Translations under genes and position numbers: made by a program
In this document: piece after piece, positions 62,041 to 64,000 of the stretch
Layout of the letters: each line of letters begins with the position of its first letter
Numbering within the stretch: the stretch's first letter is position 1
Notes under the pieces: model-generated
What the model was told of the DNA's origin: nothing
Database searches by the model: none
What the model saw: the letters and a program-made list of their open reading frames with translations, nothing else
Assembly (NCBI GenBank): GCA_038087875.1
Contig: CM075988.1
Span: 22,570,001 to 22,634,000 of the forward strand
Length of the DNA stretch: 64,000 bases
Direction of reading: 5' to 3'
From: Malacoraja senta
Lineage: Eukaryota

Positions 62041-62330
62041 TGCGCTGGGCTGGGCTGGGGCTGCAGCCGCCGCCGCCGCCGCTGTATCTCTGTGTCCCGG
62101 GGACGACACAACGTTCCACTCGCTCCCGGGGACGACACAACGTTCCACTCACTTCCGCCCGCCGCGACCCGTCTCTCACTCACTCGCCGGAAGTCCCGCC
62201 CAGCCGACCCGCTCCCCCCTCCGCCCCTCGGAAACCCGCCCTGCGTTTGGCCGGCCGCGCCGTCACTCAGACCGGCAGAGCCCGCCTCCTGTGCGCCCCC
62301 CAGCGGCCGTGCGGCGGCAGCGCAGCGAGC
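62030..62330 (-). promoter_or_regulatory. PAFAH1B2: CpG-island promoter and probable non-coding exon 1 of PAFAH1B2
   Basis: Dense CpG; ETS motifs CCGGAAGT (62187-62194) and ACTTCCG (62151-62157); GC boxes; first minus-strand donor CAG|GTACCT at 62030; clearest promoter-like island upstream of the first coding exon in this window. Confidence 0.65.
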
Positions 62331-62334
62331 CTCA

Positions 62335-62640
62335 AGTAAGTAAGTTTTTATTGGCCAAGTATTCACATACAAGGAATCTGCCTTGGTGCTCCGCCCACAA
62401 GTAACAACATGACATACAGTGACGGTAACAACATGACATACAGTGACGGTAACAACATGACATACAGTGACGGTTACGAATGACTCCGAAAATACTAAAC
62501 ATTAATAATAATAAAACATTAATGATAAAACACCATTGATCAAGCATGTGAACCAACAAAATACCAGATCAAAGGGAGGCTACAGATTTTTGGCTGTTGA
62601 GTAGAGCAACTACTCGTGGATAAAAACTGTTTTTATGTCT
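62335..62640 (-). mobile_element. Rex1-like 3' end containing a 24-bp tandem triplication (62401-62472)
   Basis: Reverse complement of about 34280-34535; GTAACAACATGACATACAGTGACG repeated three times. Confidence 0.8.
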
Positions 62641-62749
62641 CAACGATCCGATAAATAGATACATAGATACAAGGTGTAGTGGTGGACCATTCGGCCCTTC
62701 CAGCCAGCACCGCCATTCAATGTGATCATGCCTTTTCATCACGATACGA

Positions 62750-63530
62750 TGGAACTTTATTTATCCCAGGAGGGAAATTGATCTGCCAAAAGTCATAAAA
62801 AAGCACAAAATACATGAAACATGAAATTAAAGTGACGAGTGGAAAGGATTGGGGATGTGCAAAGATTGGAGAGGTGGGAGTCAGTCTCAGTCTCAGTCTC
62901 AGTCTGCCCCCACGACAAAAGGGGGAGGAGTTGTACTGTTTGATAGCCACAGGGAAGAAGGATCTCCTGTGGCGTTCTGTGCTGCATCTTGGTGGAACCA
63001 GTCTGTTGCTGAAGGTGCTCCTCAGGTTGACCAGTGTGTCATGGAGGGGGTGAGCTGTATTGTCCAGGATGCTCCGCAGTTTGAGGAGCATCTTCCCCTC
63101 CAAGACCACCCTCCCATGAATCCAAATCCGCCCCCAGGACGGAGCCAGCCTTCCTAATGAGTTTGTTGATCCTATTGGCGTCCACAGCCTTCGCCCTGCT
63201 GCCCCAGCACATGGCAGCGAAGAAGATGGCACTGGCTACCACTGATTGGTAGAACATCTGCAGCATCTTATTGCAGGTGTTGAAGGAGTGAAGCCTTCTC
63301 AAAAAGTACAGCCGGCTCTGTCCCTTCTTGTACAGGGCCTCAGCATTCCTGGACCAGTCCAGTTTACTGTCCAGGTAAACTCCAAGGTGTTAGTACACCC
63401 TGGTAAACTGCACATCCACACCATTGATGGAGACAGGGGACAGGGGTGTTCCTTTCCTCCTAAAGTCCACCACCAACTCCTTAGTCTTGTCAATGTTGAG
63501 CTGCAGGTGATTCAGCCCACACCACTCAAC
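62750..63530 (-). mobile_element. Rex1/Babar-clade LINE 3' fragment, frameshifted
   Basis: MFYQSVVASAIFFA...ILDNTAHPLH...RRSFFPVAIKQYN. Confidence 0.8.
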
Positions 63531-63559
63531 AAAGTCGTTTTGTGTTGGGTGGTGACCAT

Positions 63560-63922
63560 TGGGAACTGCAGATGCTGGTTTACACCGAAGGTAGACACAA
63601 AAAGCTGGAGTAACTCAGCGGGTCGGGCAGCATCTCTGGAGAGAAGGAATGGGTGACGTGAAGAGTCTCGAACCTTCTTCTTACTGAGTCTGAAGAAGGA
63701 TCTCGACCTGAAAAGTCACCTATTCCTTCTCTCCAGAGATGCTGCCTGACCCGCTGAGTTACTCCAACTTTTTGTGTCTATCTTCAGGGCAGAGGATTGC
63801 TTGACTGGCGATAACATGGATTGTATGGACCGAATGATCTTCTGCTTCAAACTGACTGAAAAATCAGTCTGAAGAAGGGTCTCGACCCGAAACGTCACCC
63901 ATTCCTTCTCTCCAGAGATGCT
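63560..63922. mobile_element. Penelope-derived repeats: inverted pair plus a tandem plus-strand copy with hammerhead core (63869-63896)
   Basis: CTGAAGA-A-GGGT(CTCG)ACCC-GAAA-CG-TC. Confidence 0.7.
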
Positions 63923-64000
63923 ACAAATACACTCTTATCTCCTCAAAATAAAATGACCGCCGGAAAAGCTAATATCCCTGAACGTTGCCAAATTGGAAAC

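Noticed and set aside
61093..62404. Overlapping 250-350 aa ORFs on both strands
   Set aside because: GC-rich minisatellite lacking stop codons; no protein-family signature

Overview
Repeat-rich vertebrate genomic DNA. The CR1/HER1-like LINEs and V-domain tRNA SINEs point to a cartilaginous fish, probably a skate or ray (inference). Two spliced protein-coding genes lie in tandem on the minus strand, in the order recalled for human 11q23. PAFAH1B2 is complete: five coding exons at 52505-44501 give 229 aa, with a probable CpG-island non-coding exon 1 near 62.0-62.2 kb and a probable ~5 kb 3'UTR ending near 39.4 kb. It is followed by the 5' half of SIDT2: ten coding exons at 28097-7011 plus a 12-nt microexon at 4603-4614, with the gene continuing beyond the left edge. 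All coding exons were read with GT-AG boundaries and consistent phases. Introns and intergenic DNA contain CR1, Rex1, L2, L1-like and RTE LINE pieces, V-SINEs, Harbinger-like and hAT non-autonomous DNA elements, and many Penelope-derived repeats carrying minimal hammerhead-ribozyme cores. The most notable observations are the SIDT2 microexon supplying a dileucine pair, the dense hammerhead motifs, and a minisatellite built from the putative PAFAH1B2 exon-1 splice donor. Most other ORFs in the supplied track are transposon fragments or low-complexity artefacts.
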